The notes beneath the pieces are model-generated. The model was not told where the DNA came from. It was given only the letters and a program-made list of their open reading frames with translations, and did no database searches. Both the position numbers and the translations under genes were made by a program. From Eledone cirrhosa (taxonomy: Eukaryota), in contig OZ024764.1 of NCBI GenBank assembly GCA_964016885.1, positions 9,238,001-9,302,000 on the forward strand: a DNA stretch of 64,000 nucleotides, written 5' to 3'. Positions within the stretch are counted from its first letter, which is position 1; every line of letters starts with the position of its first letter. This document shows, piece after piece, positions 41,742 to 54,989 of this stretch.

Positions 41742-43728
41742 ATGCTTAAAAGAAAAACTCCATCTTCACTATCCAGCCACAATAAAGGGTTTTCTCCGAG
41801 TAAGAGGAAACTTTGTACGTTCTGCGAGAAAATCCATTGTGAAGACTTGACCCATGATGGAGAGTCAGACACCAAGGGGAAACCATTCCGCTGTCAGTTC
41901 TGCAATGAGGTGTTTTCTATTTCTTGCATGTTTGTCAAACACATGGAGACCCACCTCGGTAAAAGTCTGTACCGTTGCGAGTTCTGTGGGTTTCTGTTTG
42001 TCGACTTCTTTGATCTGCTAACCCACCGCAAGGAGCACGTGTCGTTCGTGTGCAAGTTCTGCGATAAACACTTCAATGACGATGAATCGCGCAGGAAACA
42101 TTCTGTGATGTTCCATGGCGCGGCAGCAACGGCAGTGGCTGCTGGCGTCGTCGTCTCAAAGAAAAGGCATCATTCGTCGTCGTCGTCATCATCATCATCA
42201 TCATTATCATCGTCGTCTTTGTCTTCTGCTGCTGCCGAGGAAGCGTTGAGGGTGAGCAAACGAAAGTTCTCTATGAAGGTCGACGAAATCCTACAGAGAA
42301 ACACGGCTGTTTTGAAGCCGTTCCATTCCTGCAGCATCTGCTACAAGAACTTCCCTCAGCTTTCGCAGTTGCTCGTGCACAAAAAGACACACACCAAGGA
42401 GAAACCGCACAAGTGCAATGTCTGCGGCAAGAATTTCAAACACGACAACGTCTTGAAAGTGCACCAGCAGTTGCATCAACAACAACACGCTACTACTAGT
42501 ACTACTACTACTGCTACTGCTTCTACTACCATTAATACTCGCTCTTGTGCGACAATCTTGAAAATGCACCGAAAGTTGCAACAACAACAACAGCAGCAGC
42601 AGCAACATGCTACTATTATGGCTAGTACTACTAATACTACTACTACTACCACTTCTGCTGCTATTAATATTCGCTCTGGTGTGACCACTGTCGCTGTAAA
42701 TGACGGCAAGTGCAAGCTGTCGATGTTGCACGATGACAGCAATGACGACAGCAGCAGCTGCAACGCTTCTCGGAAGGACCACACGGCGGGAGATGATAAC
42801 CGCAAGGCCGTCGTCGCGGCGATGAAAGAAAATGGGAACTTCTTGACCGCCACCGCCACTGCAGCCCATGTGACTCCGGTGCTCCTCGCGACGCAGCTAG
42901 GCCCCGCAACAATGGCCAACGGTGGCAGCCTCCTCCTGTCGGAGCAGGGCACCACGCAGGTGCAGAAAAAACTGGGCCCCCTTTTGGAGAACCTAAAGCC
43001 AGCCCACCTCGGCGCCAAAACCGTGTACCTGCTAAGCAAGCCACAATCACAGCTGGTGACCCAAGGGGCCGAGCTCAATGTCTGCCCCTCGAGTTCTCCA
43101 CCGCTGTTGAACGTACAAAGGAACTCCGTGATCCACCAGGTAAAGCAGGAAGGGTCGGGACTGTGCGCCGACGGGGCACTTCCGTTGAGGGCTGTCCCCA
43201 ACGGAGCGCCAGACGGCGCAGCCAACATCCCAACAGACTCCCCGCAGTTTCTAGGCAACTGCTGCGTTGCCCTTGACAACAAGACGACGCAGAAGCACCA
43301 GCTCGGAGTGGTTACCGTGACGACCGACCCCGACGACGACGACGACAACAACAGGTTGTTCACTGGACCACAGAACGTCGACATTGAAAGCAACGGGAGG
43401 AGACACGTCGGACCCATGCTTGCCACGGAGAACTACCTCATCCTGAAGTTGCCCTCCACGGAAACGAACCACCACCACCACCACCATCACGAACACCACG
43501 GCAACCAGCCGAAGAAGGCGCGGAGCTTCGTCGCTGCTGCCGGCGGTGCTGATGCTGTTGTTGCGCAGCAGCAGCAGCAGCAGCAGCAGCGGCACATGAC
43601 AGCGGTGGTGCAATCGTCGTGCAGCGACATTGCGCCTGAGACGGCTGATGCGACAGAATTCAGAATCACAGAGACTGTCAGTCTAAGCAACAGCAATAGC
43701 AACAACAACTACAGTATCAACAGCATCT

Positions 43729-43764
<36 letters not shown>

Positions 43765-44166
43765 GCAACCACAGTGAGATGGGGACGAGCCCTCAGCCCA
43801 TTAACTACACAAAGCCGAAAACTAGATCGTGCAAGACCGAACCTTTGGAGTTGAAACTGGAGCCCTACCAAGACGAGCCCTTTATTGGAAACCCCTATCA
43901 AGATACAGACCGCGACCGGGACCGAGACCACAGGGAGCTTGGACTCAGCGACAGGGACCTCCTGTGTAGGGCACAACCTCTGTCTTTAGTCAAATCAGAA
44001 CCTGTGGAAAGTCCACCATCACCAACGCCATTACCATCATCACCATCACCACCATCACCAATACTACCATCATCATCATCACCATCAGTAATACCATCAT
44101 CACCATCACCATCAGTAATACCACAATCATCATCAACATCATTAAGACCATCATCACCATCAGTAA

Positions 44167-44198
<32 letters not shown>

Positions 44199-47100
44199 CC
44201 ATCAATAATACCACCATCATCATCATCAGTAATACCGCCACTACCATCATCATCATCAACACTAGAAGACGGTGGAGGAGAAGGAAGAGGACGAAGAAGA
44301 AGAAGAAGAGGTTTTAAAGAATCGGTCAAGGGGTCAGTGATAGACAGCAGCGATAGGGAGCCATGTCGGGTCCTGTGTAGGGGACAGCTGGTGGGAAATC
44401 TACGCACACCATCATCATCGTCATCATCACAAGAAGAGGATGGAAGGGGAGGAAGACGAAGAGAAAGAGGGTCCGAAGAAACAGTTAAGGGGTCAGTCGA
44501 AGACAACAGCGATAGGGCCCCGTGTGGGGACCAGCCGCTGTCCTTAGTCAAATCGGAACCGGTGGTAAAAAATTCACCCTCACCGCCACCACCATCATCA
44601 TCACTACCATCACCAACACCACCATCATCACCACTAATACCACCACCACCATCACCACCATCAACACCACCAACACCAACACCACCACCACCATCATCTC
44701 TAATACCACCATCAACAACACCACCACCACCACCACCAATAACACCACCACCACCATCAACACCACCAACACCAACACCACCACCACCATCATCTCTAAT
44801 ACCACCATCAACAACACCACCACCACCACCAATAACACCAACACCAACACCACCATCACCAACACCAACACCAACAACACCATCACTAATACCACCACCA
44901 CCACTATCATCATCACCACCAATAACACCACCATCACCATCATCACCACCACCATCACCAATAACACCACCACCATCATCACCACCAATAACACCACCAT
45001 CTCCACCACCACCACCATCATCACCACCAATAACACCACCACCACCATCATCACCACCAATAACACCACCACCACCATCACCAATAACACCACCACCACC
45101 ATCATCACCACCAATAACACCACCACCACCATCACCACCACCAATAACACCACCACCACCACCATCACAAGATGGTGTAGGGGGAAGGGGAAGAAGAGGG
45201 GGAGGCGTTGCAGATCTCCCCCGGTCTGTCACTGGGCCTCCCTCTGTGGTGTCCCGAAGGTCGGGGTCGCTGCAGAGCAACACACCCACCGCCACCACCA
45301 CCACCACCACCACCACCGCTGCCACTACCACTGCTACTGATGCATATGATGGTGGTGGCGGTGGTGGTGGTGGTGGTGGTGGTGGTGGCGGTGGCGGTGG
45401 GGTTACTGCTGCTGCTGACAGTGCTGAAGTTGTGGCGGCTGCTGCTACTACTACTACATCTACTGCTGGTGGTGGTGGTGGTGGTGCTACTACTACTGCA
45501 GCTGCTGACGGTGGTGGTGGTGGTGCTATTACTACTACTACTGCAGCTGCTGATGGTGGTGGTGGTGCTGCTATTACTACTACTACTGCAGCTGCTGACG
45601 GTGGTGGTGGTGCTGCTATTACTGCAGCTGCTGACGGTGGTGGTGGTGGTGCTATTACTACTACTACTGCAGCTGCTGACGGTGGTGGTGGTGGTGCTGC
45701 TATTACTACTACTACTACTACAGCTGCTGATAGTGGTGGTGGTGGTGCTACTACTGTTGCTGACGGTGGTGATGGTGGTGCTACTACTGCAGCTGCTGAT
45801 AGTGGTGGTGGTGCTGCTATTACTGCTACTACAGCTGCTGACGGTGGTGGTGGTGCTGCTACTACTACTGCAGCTGCTGATGGTGGTGGTGGTGGTGCTA
45901 CTACTACTGCTGACGGTGTTGGTGGTGGTGGTGCTACTGCTGTTACTACTACTCCTACTACAGCTGCTGATGGTGGTGGTGGTGCTACTACTGCTGTTAC
46001 TACTACAGCTGCTGACGGTGTTGGTGGTGATGCTACTACTGCTGTTACTACTACAGCTGCTGATGGTGGTGGTGGTGATGCTACTACTGCTACTACAGCT
46101 GCTGATGGTGGTGGTGGTGGTGCTACTGCTACTGCAGCTGCTGATAGTGGTGGTGGTGGTGCTACTACTACTACTACTACAGCTGCTGACGGTGGTGGTG
46201 CTACTACTGCTACTACAGCTGCTGATGGTGGTGGTGGTGCTACTACTGCTGTTACTACTACTACAGCTGCTGATTCTGATGGTGGTGGCGCTGCTAATGT
46301 TACTACTACTACTACTACAGATACTACTCCTACTGCTGATTCTGATGGTGGTGGTGCTGCTAATGTTACTACTACTACTACTACTACTACTACAGATGCT
46401 ACTACTACTACTGCTGCTGCTACTACTACTAGTGCTGCTGATTCTGATGGTGGTGGCGGTGCTAATGTTACTACTACTCCTACTACTACTCCTACTACTA
46501 CTACTACAGAAGCTACTACTACTACTGCTGATTCTGATGGTGGTGGTGGTGCTAATGTTACTACTACTCCTACTACTACTACTACAGAAGCTACTACTAC
46601 TAGTGCTGCTGATTCTGATGGTGGTGGTGGTGCTAATGTTACTACTACTACTACTACTACTACATGTGGTGGTGATGGTGGTGATGGTGGCGGTGGCGGT
46701 GGTGGTGTAGAAGAAGAAGTCGGAGTTGGTGTCGGAACGTCAGTGAAGCTGGAACGAGAGTGGCAAGAATACGAACCAGCAGCAATGAAAACGACGACTG
46801 CGATGAGTAATGAGGCAATGTCGGCGATGAAAGAGGAGATGAGAACCTCAGCGACAGAGATGACAGAGAAATACGATGAAAGAACGATGTCGGCGATGAA
46901 AGAGACGACAGGGAAATGTGGAAAATCGATGTCGGAGATGAAAGAGATGACAGGGAAATGTGGAAAAGCGATGTCGGAGATGAAAGAGATGACAGGGAAA
47001 TGTGGAAAAGCGATGTCGGAGATGAAAGAGATGACAGGGATATGTGGAAAAGCGATGTCGGCAATGAAAGATGTGATAAAAGATGCAATGAAAGAGACGA

Positions 47101-49874
47101 CAGGGAAATATGAAAAACCGATGTCGGCGATGAAAGATGCAATGAAAGAGACGACAACGACAGAGAAATGTGGAAAATCAATGTCGGAGATGAAAGAAGC
47201 GATGACGGATGTGATAACGATGACAGGGAGAAGCAAAGAATCGCTGATAGAAATGAAAGATGATATGACGAGGACGAGAAAGACGAACGCGATGACAGAG
47301 GGAAATGAAATCTGGGAGACATTGTCAGAGAAAGATGTGACAAGAACGAGGAAAGTGTCAGCGATGAAAGAGACGAGCAAAGATTTGACAATGAAAGCGA
47401 TGAGTGAGACGAACAAAGATTTGACAATGAAAGCAATAAAAGAGAGAAGCAATGATTTAACATCAGCAATGAAAGAAACGAGCAAAGATTTGACAATGAA
47501 AGCAATAAAAGAGAGAAGCAATGATTTAACATCAGCAATGAAAGAAACGAGCAAAGATTTGACAATGAAAGCAATAAAAGAGAGAAGCAATGATTTAACA
47601 TCAGCAATGAAAGAAACGAGCAAAGATTTGACAATGAAAGCGATGACAGATACGACCAAAGATTTGGCAATGAAAGCGATGACAGATACGACCAAAGATT
47701 TGGCAATGAAAGCGATGACAGATACGACCAAAGATTTGGCAATGAAAGCGATGACAGAGAGAACTGAAGATTTAACACCAGCAATGAAAGGAAATGTGAT
47801 AAGTGCGAGAACATCGTCTACCTTGACAATGACAGGGAAAAGCGAAGAATCTATATTGGAGACGAAAGAAGACCCGGTGATGACAACGAGGAGAGCGTGG
47901 ACATCGCCGATAAGAGTGACGACAGAGGGAGAGAAAGACTTATCGCCACAGTTGCCGTCATCTCTTCTGTCATCGCTGTCGTCGTCAGTGAAACAAGAAC
48001 CAGTGTCAGAGGAGTCGCAGTTAGAATTAGATCCGGTCGAAGAACAGACGACGAGGACGACGAAAGCGGCGATGAAGAAGACGATAGATCTTGTCACCGT
48101 GGTGATGAAGCATGAAGAAGAAGTGGAGGAAGAAGAAAGGGTGGAAACTCCAGATAGCATCGCTTCGACAACAACGAGGAAGAGGGCGACGGTGGAGACG
48201 ATAATCGACGATGCGGTCGCCATGGAGATAAAGAAAGAGGAGGAGGAGGAACGAGGTGAAAGAGAGGACAGTGTCGCCGTGGAAACAGAAGCGTCGTCGA
48301 CGGCAACAAGGAGGACGAAGAGAAGAAAGCTGATGATACCTGGTGATGTGGTTACCATGGCGATCAAAGAGGAGCCGGATGTGGAGGAGGAGGAGGAGGA
48401 AAGGGAGGACAGTGTCGCCGTGACAACAGAAGCGTCGTCGTCGTCGACGGCGACGAGGAAGAGAAGAAAGCTGATGACACCTGACGATGTGGTTACCATG
48501 GCGATCAAAGAGGAGGAGGAGGAGGAGGAAAGGGAGGACAGTGTCGCCGTGACAACAGAAGCGTCGTCGTCGGCGACGAGGAAGAGAAGAAAGCTGATGA
48601 CACCTGACGATGCGGTTACCACGGCGATCGAGGAGGAGGGAGGAGAAGAAGAAGACAGAGAAGGCAGTGTCGCCGTGGAAACAACAGAAGCGTCACCGAC
48701 GGCAACGAGGAAGAGGAAGAGGGGGAGGAGGTGGAGTGGCAAGCCAGAAGGGAGCGCGCAGCGAGATAGTGTACTCCGAGATGTCGTAGACGACAACAAG
48801 GGTCGGGCAGAGGTGGCGGCGGCGGTGAAGGAGGGGGAAGGAGGGGGAGGAGGAGAAAGAGAAAAAGACGAAAAGAACAAAGGACTTGAAGAGGAAGTAG
48901 GAGGAAGGAGAGGAGAGATGCGAGGAGGAGGAGGAGGAGGAGATTCAAGCTGTGTCGACTGCGGGAAGGCCCACAGCCAAGCGCTGAGCGAGTTCCTCGC
49001 GCAGAGCCCCAAGGACAAGCCGTTCAAGTGCCAAGTGTGCGGGGACACCTTCTCAGTCGGTTGCCTCTTCAGCAGACACATTGAGAGCCATGAGGAAGTG
49101 AAGGGCCGTATCCTGTACCAGTGCGAAGTGTGCGGGGCCATATTCGAGAAGTTCCTGTCGCTGTTTTCACACCGACGGCAGATGCACAGTGACTCGCAGC
49201 AGCAGCAGCAGCAGCAGCAGCGATGCGACGCGACATCGGTTGCGATGGGTTACGTCTGCACCCAGTGCCACCGGGCGTTCATCTGCGAGTCGGACCTGAA
49301 GCGCCACACGCGGCTGGTGCACTACGTGGAGAAGGCGTTTGTCTGCGAAATCTGCGGCAGATCGTTCTCGCAGCGGTGCAACCTCGTCTTCCACCGTCAC
49401 ACGCACACAGGGGAGCAGCCGTTTGCCTGCGAACTCTGCGGCAAGCGTTTCGCTCGACCGGGCAACCTCGCCATCCACCTGCACACCCATTCGCAGCCGG
49501 CGCCGCAACTCCCTCTCTCCGTGCAACTGAACAACAAGTGCAGTGCACACGGTGATAAGCCGTTGAAAATAAAGCACCAACAGCTCAAGAACCACCACAT
49601 GCAACAACGCAGCTGCAGCGACAGTGATGCACCGTACAGGTGCGACATATGCGGAGATGGCTACTCGAAGTACAACGAGCTCAAGGAGCATGTGCAGCTG
49701 CACCAAGCGGGCGACGGCAAGCTGGCGTTCAAGTGCAACAACTGCGGCAAACAGTTCCTGCATTCGTACATGCTGCTGCGACACAAACTCTCGCACAAGG
49801 GCCGGCTTTGCCAGTCGTCCGGTCGTTCGATCAGTCGGATAGTCAACACCCCACAACACTCGGACACCAGCTGA
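41742..49874 (+). CDS. large C2H2 zinc-finger protein (2710 aa): 5 N-terminal and 7 C-terminal fingers separated by Pro/Ser-, Gly/Ala/Thr- and Met/Lys/Glu-rich repeat tracts
   Basis: Uninterrupted ORF with canonical fingers (e.g. FVCEICGRSFSQRCNLVFHRHTHTGEQPFACELCGKRF), repeated PLSLV-type and psi-KxE motifs. Small in-frame introns in the repeat tracts cannot be excluded. Confidence 0.85.
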
Positions 49875-50265
49875 AAGTCTCATAATGCTCGGAAGTTACC
49901 TATAAATCCCACGACACTCGGACACCAGCTGAAAGTGTCCCGACACTTGGACACCAACAGAAAGTCCTACAATGCTCGGACGCTACCTATAAATCTCACG
50001 ACACTCGGACATCAGCTGAAAATCCCACGACACTCGGACACCAGCTGAAAATCCCACGACACTCGGACACCAACTGAAACTCCTACAATGCTCAGACACT
50101 ACCTATAAATCCCACAATACTCAGATACCAGCTGAAAGTCACACAATGCTTGGACACTACCTATAATCCCACAACACTCGGGCACCAGCTGAAAGTCCCA
50201 CAATGCTCCGCAACCACCACAAAGTCCTACAACACTCGGACACTGCATAAAAGTCGCACAATGCT
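49848..50265 (+). repeat. degenerate ~33-bp tandem repeat overlapping the ZF stop codon
   Basis: cccacgacactcggacaccagctgaaa units; the ORF ends inside the first unit (QHSDTS*). Confidence 0.8.
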
Positions 50266-50284
50266 CGGATGACACCATAAGGCA

Positions 50285-51148
50285 TTTTAACCACATGTCC
50301 ATAGTATCGGAGCTGTGATCTCTCAATCCAGAGATTTCTTTCCTGAGACATTCTAACCACATGTCTGTAGTATCAGAGCTGTGATCCCTCAATTCAGAGA
50401 TTCTTTCCTGAGACATTCTAACCACATGTCTGTAGTATCAGAGCTATGATCTCTCAATTCAGAGATTCTTTCCTGAGACATTCTAACCTCATGTCTGTAG
50501 TATTAGAGCTGTGATCTCTCAATTCAGAGATTCTTTCTTGAGACATTCTAACCACATGTCTGTAGTATCAGAGCTATGATCTCTCAATTCAGAGATTCTT
50601 TCCTGAGACATTCTAACCTCATGTCTGTAGTATCAGAGCTGTGATCTCTCAATTCAGAGATTCTTTCTTGAGACATTCTAACCACATGTCTGTAGTATCA
50701 GAGCTATGATCTCTCAATTCAGAGATTCTTTCCTGAGACATTCTAACCTCATGTCTGTAGTATCAGAGCTGTGATCTCTCAATTCAGAGATTCTTTCCTG
50801 AGACTTTCTTACCACATGTCTGTAGTATCAGAGCTGTGATCTCTCAACTCAGAGATTCTTTCCTGAGACATTCTAACCACATGTCTGTAGTATCAGAGCT
50901 GTGATATCTCAATTTAGAGATTCTTTCCTGAGACAATCTAACCACATGTCTGTAGTATCAGAGCTGTGATCTCTCAATTCAGAGATTCTTTCCTGAGACA
51001 TTCTAACCACATGTCTGTAGTATCAGAGCTGTGATCTCTCAACTCAGAGATTCTTTCCTGAGACATTCTAACCACATGTCTGTAGTATCAGAGCTGTGAT
51101 CTCTCAATTCAGAGATTCTTTCCTGAGACATTCTAACCACATGTCTGT
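50285..51148 (-). repeat. 65-bp RTE-derived minisatellite (reverse of the 22800-23600 array)
   Basis: Unit cagagattctttcctgagacattctaaccacatgtctgtagtatcagagctgtgatctctcaatt. Confidence 0.92.
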
Positions 51149-51354
51149 AATATATAGATACCCTATCTGACAGACATTATCAACTACGGAAAGTTCCAAT
51201 GTAAAACAATCTCCCTTTGTTCTGATATAAAGATCAGTTTGACATAGAGAAAGGATTCTGCCCTTCCTCCCTATCCCTCCCTCCACGTTGGTGGTGGTGG
51301 GGGTAAGGGTAAGGGGAGTTAGCAGGAGATGTTTTATACACATGCTGACACAAA

Positions 51355-52058
51355 CTGACCAGACCAGATCAGACCAGGCTGGATCAGCTCAGACCGGACC
51401 TGGCTAGACCAGACCAGACCAGACCAGGTCAAGACAGGCTAGATCAGATCAGACCAAACCAGTCCAGACCAGACCAGATCAGGCCAAACCAAATAACACC
51501 AGTCCAGATCAGGTTGGATCAGTTCAGACCAGACGGGAACTATCCAAATAAGACCAGTCCTGACCAGACAAGACCAGACCAGGTTGGATCAGATCAGATA
51601 GATCCAGATCAGGCCAGACTGAACCAAGCCAGACCAAACCAAGCTGGATCAGATCAGGCCAAACCAGCCCGGACCGGACTAGACCAGATCAGGCCTAGCC
51701 AAACCAGGCTGGATCAGTTCAGACCAAACTGGAACTATCCAAATAAGACCAGTCCTGACCAGACAAGACCAGACCAGGTTGGATCAGATCAGATAGATCC
51801 AGATCAGGCCAGACTGGACCTAGCCAGACCAAACCAAGCTGGATCAGATGAGGCCAAACCAGCCCGGACCGGACTAGACCAGATCAGGCCTAGCCAAACC
51901 AGGCTGGATCAGTTCGGACCAAACTGGAACTATCCAAATAAGACCAGTCCAGTTCAGTCCAGGCCAGGCTGGATCAGTTCACACCAGACTGGAACTATCC
52001 AAATAAGACCAGTTTAGACCAGACCAGATCAGGCCGGACCAGACGAGCCAAAACCAGA
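51355..52058. repeat. (GACCA)n-derived satellite with 195-bp higher-order repeat
   Basis: ggaactatccaaataagaccagtcc recurs at ~51536, 51731 and 51926. Confidence 0.85.
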
Positions 52059-52546
52059 TGCTATATATTCCCTTCCACCTCCTTCCTGCCCACCCCTTAA
52101 GAACAAGGTAATTGACACGTCACCCCCCCCCCCCCCCCCCCACCTGAATTAAAGAAGCTACTATTGTTGGTTCAGCAAGTAAGATATTTAAAAAAAAAAA
52201 AAACCCACACACACACACACCCACCTCTCCCTCTAACACAGCCTCCACCCCAAACAACAACAACAAGCAGCTTCTGATCTCTGAAAAACAAGGTAATTGA
52301 TTCGTGTCCCCTCTCACCTTCATTACTAGACTGCGACCCCCTCCATCACCACCACCAACCAGCTTCTGGTCTCCTATATTCCAACGCACAATACCCCCCC
52401 CCCCCCCCCACACACTCCCATCTCTAACCCGACACCCTGGACCCTTATAATCGTGGGTTCTCTCCCCAGGAACTATTTGTAATCCCTTATCAATACAAAA
52501 ACTCCGGCCCTGCCCTCAACACAATACTGACTATATGTAGAGGCAT

Positions 52547-52714
52547 GCAACAACAACAACAACAATAATAACATCATCAGTAACAACAACAACAACAGTA
52601 ACAACAACAACAACAACAGCAATAATAACTAACAACAACAACAACAGCAGCAATAACAACAACAACAACTGTAATAACAACAACATCAGTAACAACAACA
52701 ACAACAACTGTAAT

Positions 52715-52745
<31 letters not shown>

Positions 52746-53040
52746 TCAGTAACAACAACAACAGTAACAACAACAACAACAGTAACATCAGCAATAACTG
52801 TAACAACAACAACAGCAGCAATAACAACAACAACTGTAACAACATCATCAGCAACAACAACAACAACAACAACAACTGTAATAACAACAACATCATCAGT
52901 AACAACAACAACAGTAACAACAACAACAGTAACATCAGCAATAACAACAACAACAGCAACAGTTATAACTACAACAACAACAACAGTGACAATCACAACT
53001 ACAGCAATAACAACAACAACAACAGCAGTAGTAACAGCAA
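52547..53040. repeat. (AAC)n-rich trinucleotide tract
   Basis: Direct reading. Confidence 0.95.
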
Positions 53041-53431
53041 AAGAGCTGAACTATATCTAAACAGACCTGTCCAACCCACATTGACAACAGAAACCTGAAC
53101 TCTGACCATTAAGAAGCAGAAAAGGAGTTTATAATATATAAAACTACAAAAGTACTTGTTTTCTACCTACCTATCTCTCTCTCTCTCTCTATCTATTTGT
53201 TGCTCTATCTATCTACCTATCTCTCTCTCTCTCTCTCTATTTGTTGCTCTATCTATCTACCTATCTCTCTCTCTCTCTCTATCTATTTGTTGCTCTATCT
53301 ATCTATCTATCTCTCTCTCTCTCTATCTATTTGTTGCTCTATCTATCTACCTATCTCTCTATATATATATATCTATCTCTCTCTCTCTATATATATATAT
53401 CTCTATATATATATATATATCTATCTCTCTA

Positions 53432-53546
<115 letters not shown>

Positions 53547-53651
53547 CTCTCTCTCTCTATATATATATATATATCTCTCTCTCTCTATATATATATATAT
53601 ATCTCTCTCTCTCTATATATATATATATATCTCTCTCTCTATATATATATA

Positions 53652-53686
<35 letters not shown>

Positions 53687-53727
53687 CTCTCTATATATAT
53701 ATCTATATCTCTCTCTCTATATATATA

Positions 53728-53759
<32 letters not shown>

Positions 53760-53857
53760 CATATATCTACATATATATATATATAAAGAAAAAAAGATGA
53801 AATCGAAAATGCAACTGGAGTCTTATTTTAAAAAAAATATATATATTTATTTGGTTC

Positions 53858-53893
53858 CTTTACCGGTTTCGCAGTTCTTCTGCTTTTCAAAAG
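53858..53893 (-). ncRNA. minimal type I hammerhead ribozyme, U3-A8 variant (left inverted pLTR)
   Basis: Minus: CTT-TTGAAAA-GCAG-AAGAA-CTGC-GAA-A-CCGG-T-A-AAG; palindromic CCGG loop on helix III, GUA triplet. Confidence 0.7.
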
Positions 53894-54357
53894 TAGAGTT
53901 GAGATGGAGGGTCTGTGGTTTTTCTCAGTTCTTCTGCTTTTCAAAAGTAGAGTTGAGATGGAGGGTCTGTGGTTTTTCTCAGTTCTTCTGCTTTTCAAAA
54001 GTAGAGTTGAGATGGAGGGTCTGTGGTTTTTCTCAGTTCTTCTGCTTTTCAAAAGTAGAGTTGAGATGGAGGGTCTGTGGTTTTTCTCAGTTCTTCTGCT
54101 TTTCAAAAGTAGAGTTGAGATGGAGGGTCTGTGGTTTTTCTCAGTTCTTCTGCTTTTCAAAAGTAGAGTTGAGATGGAGGGTCTGTGGTTTTTCTCAGTT
54201 CTTCTGCTTTTCAAAAGTAGAGTTGAGATGGAGGGTCTGTGGTTTTTCTCAGTTCTTCTGCTTTTCAAAAGTAGAGTTGAGATGGAGGGTCTGTGGTTTT
54301 TCTCAGTTCTTCTGCTTTTCAAAAGTAGAGTTGAGATGGAGGGTCTGTGGTTTTTCT
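53872..54357. repeat. 9 identical copies of a 54-bp pLTR sub-segment
   Basis: cagttcttctgcttttcaaaagtagagttgagatggagggtctgtggtttttct x9. Confidence 0.95.
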
Positions 54358-54775
54358 CACAAACAAGGACCATATTCGGGAGGAAGAAGCAGAAATGCCG
54401 GCGGTAGGTCGGGAAGCCGAGGTCGGGGCAAGCCTGCTGCCAGGGAATCAAGCTTGAATATACATCCTGAGTGGGAAGACCGCATAGTGAATTATCTAGT
54501 CCATCAGACTCACCCTGTAAAGACCATGGAACTGGCACGTGGTCCTGTAAGTGTTCGTTCACGCAGAGAAGTGAATCCGACTTTGTACAGCATGGATAGA
54601 CGTGGTTTGACAAGAAAGCACGGTATGCAGCCACCAACATGGGTTAAAGCACGGTATGCAGCCGCCAACATGAGTTAAAGCACGGTATGCAGCCGCCAAC
54701 ATGGCTTATTGCCGCTCCACCTGCATCTCATACAAGTTATAACCAGAATGAAAGTCATTATTCAAGTAGTCCAGG

Positions 54776-54989
54776 GTGGTGGATTGGCAGTATCGATAGA
54801 GAGTTGGACGCCATGCTTAGCAGCATAGGGTTACGGCCCTTTATGATCTGAGTTCAAATCCCGCCGAGGTTAACTTTGCCTTTCATCCTTACGGGGGTCG
54901 ATAAAATAAAGTACCAGTCACACACTGGGGTCGATTTAATCGATTTTCCCCTCCCCCAAAATTGCTGGCCTTGTGCTTATATAAGAAAC
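54776..54989 (+). mobile_element. SINE family 1 inserted in the ADAR fragment
   Basis: 20-bp TSD cattattcaagtagtccagg at 54756-54775 and 54990-55009. Confidence 0.9.

Noticed and set aside
43898-49141. 1747-aa antisense ORF and other overlapping ORFs within the ZF gene
   Set aside because: By-product of trinucleotide repeats and codon bias on the sense strand; no domains.
51514-52017. 167-aa DQ/RP-rich ORF
   Set aside because: Translation of a GACCA-pentamer satellite with a 195-bp period.
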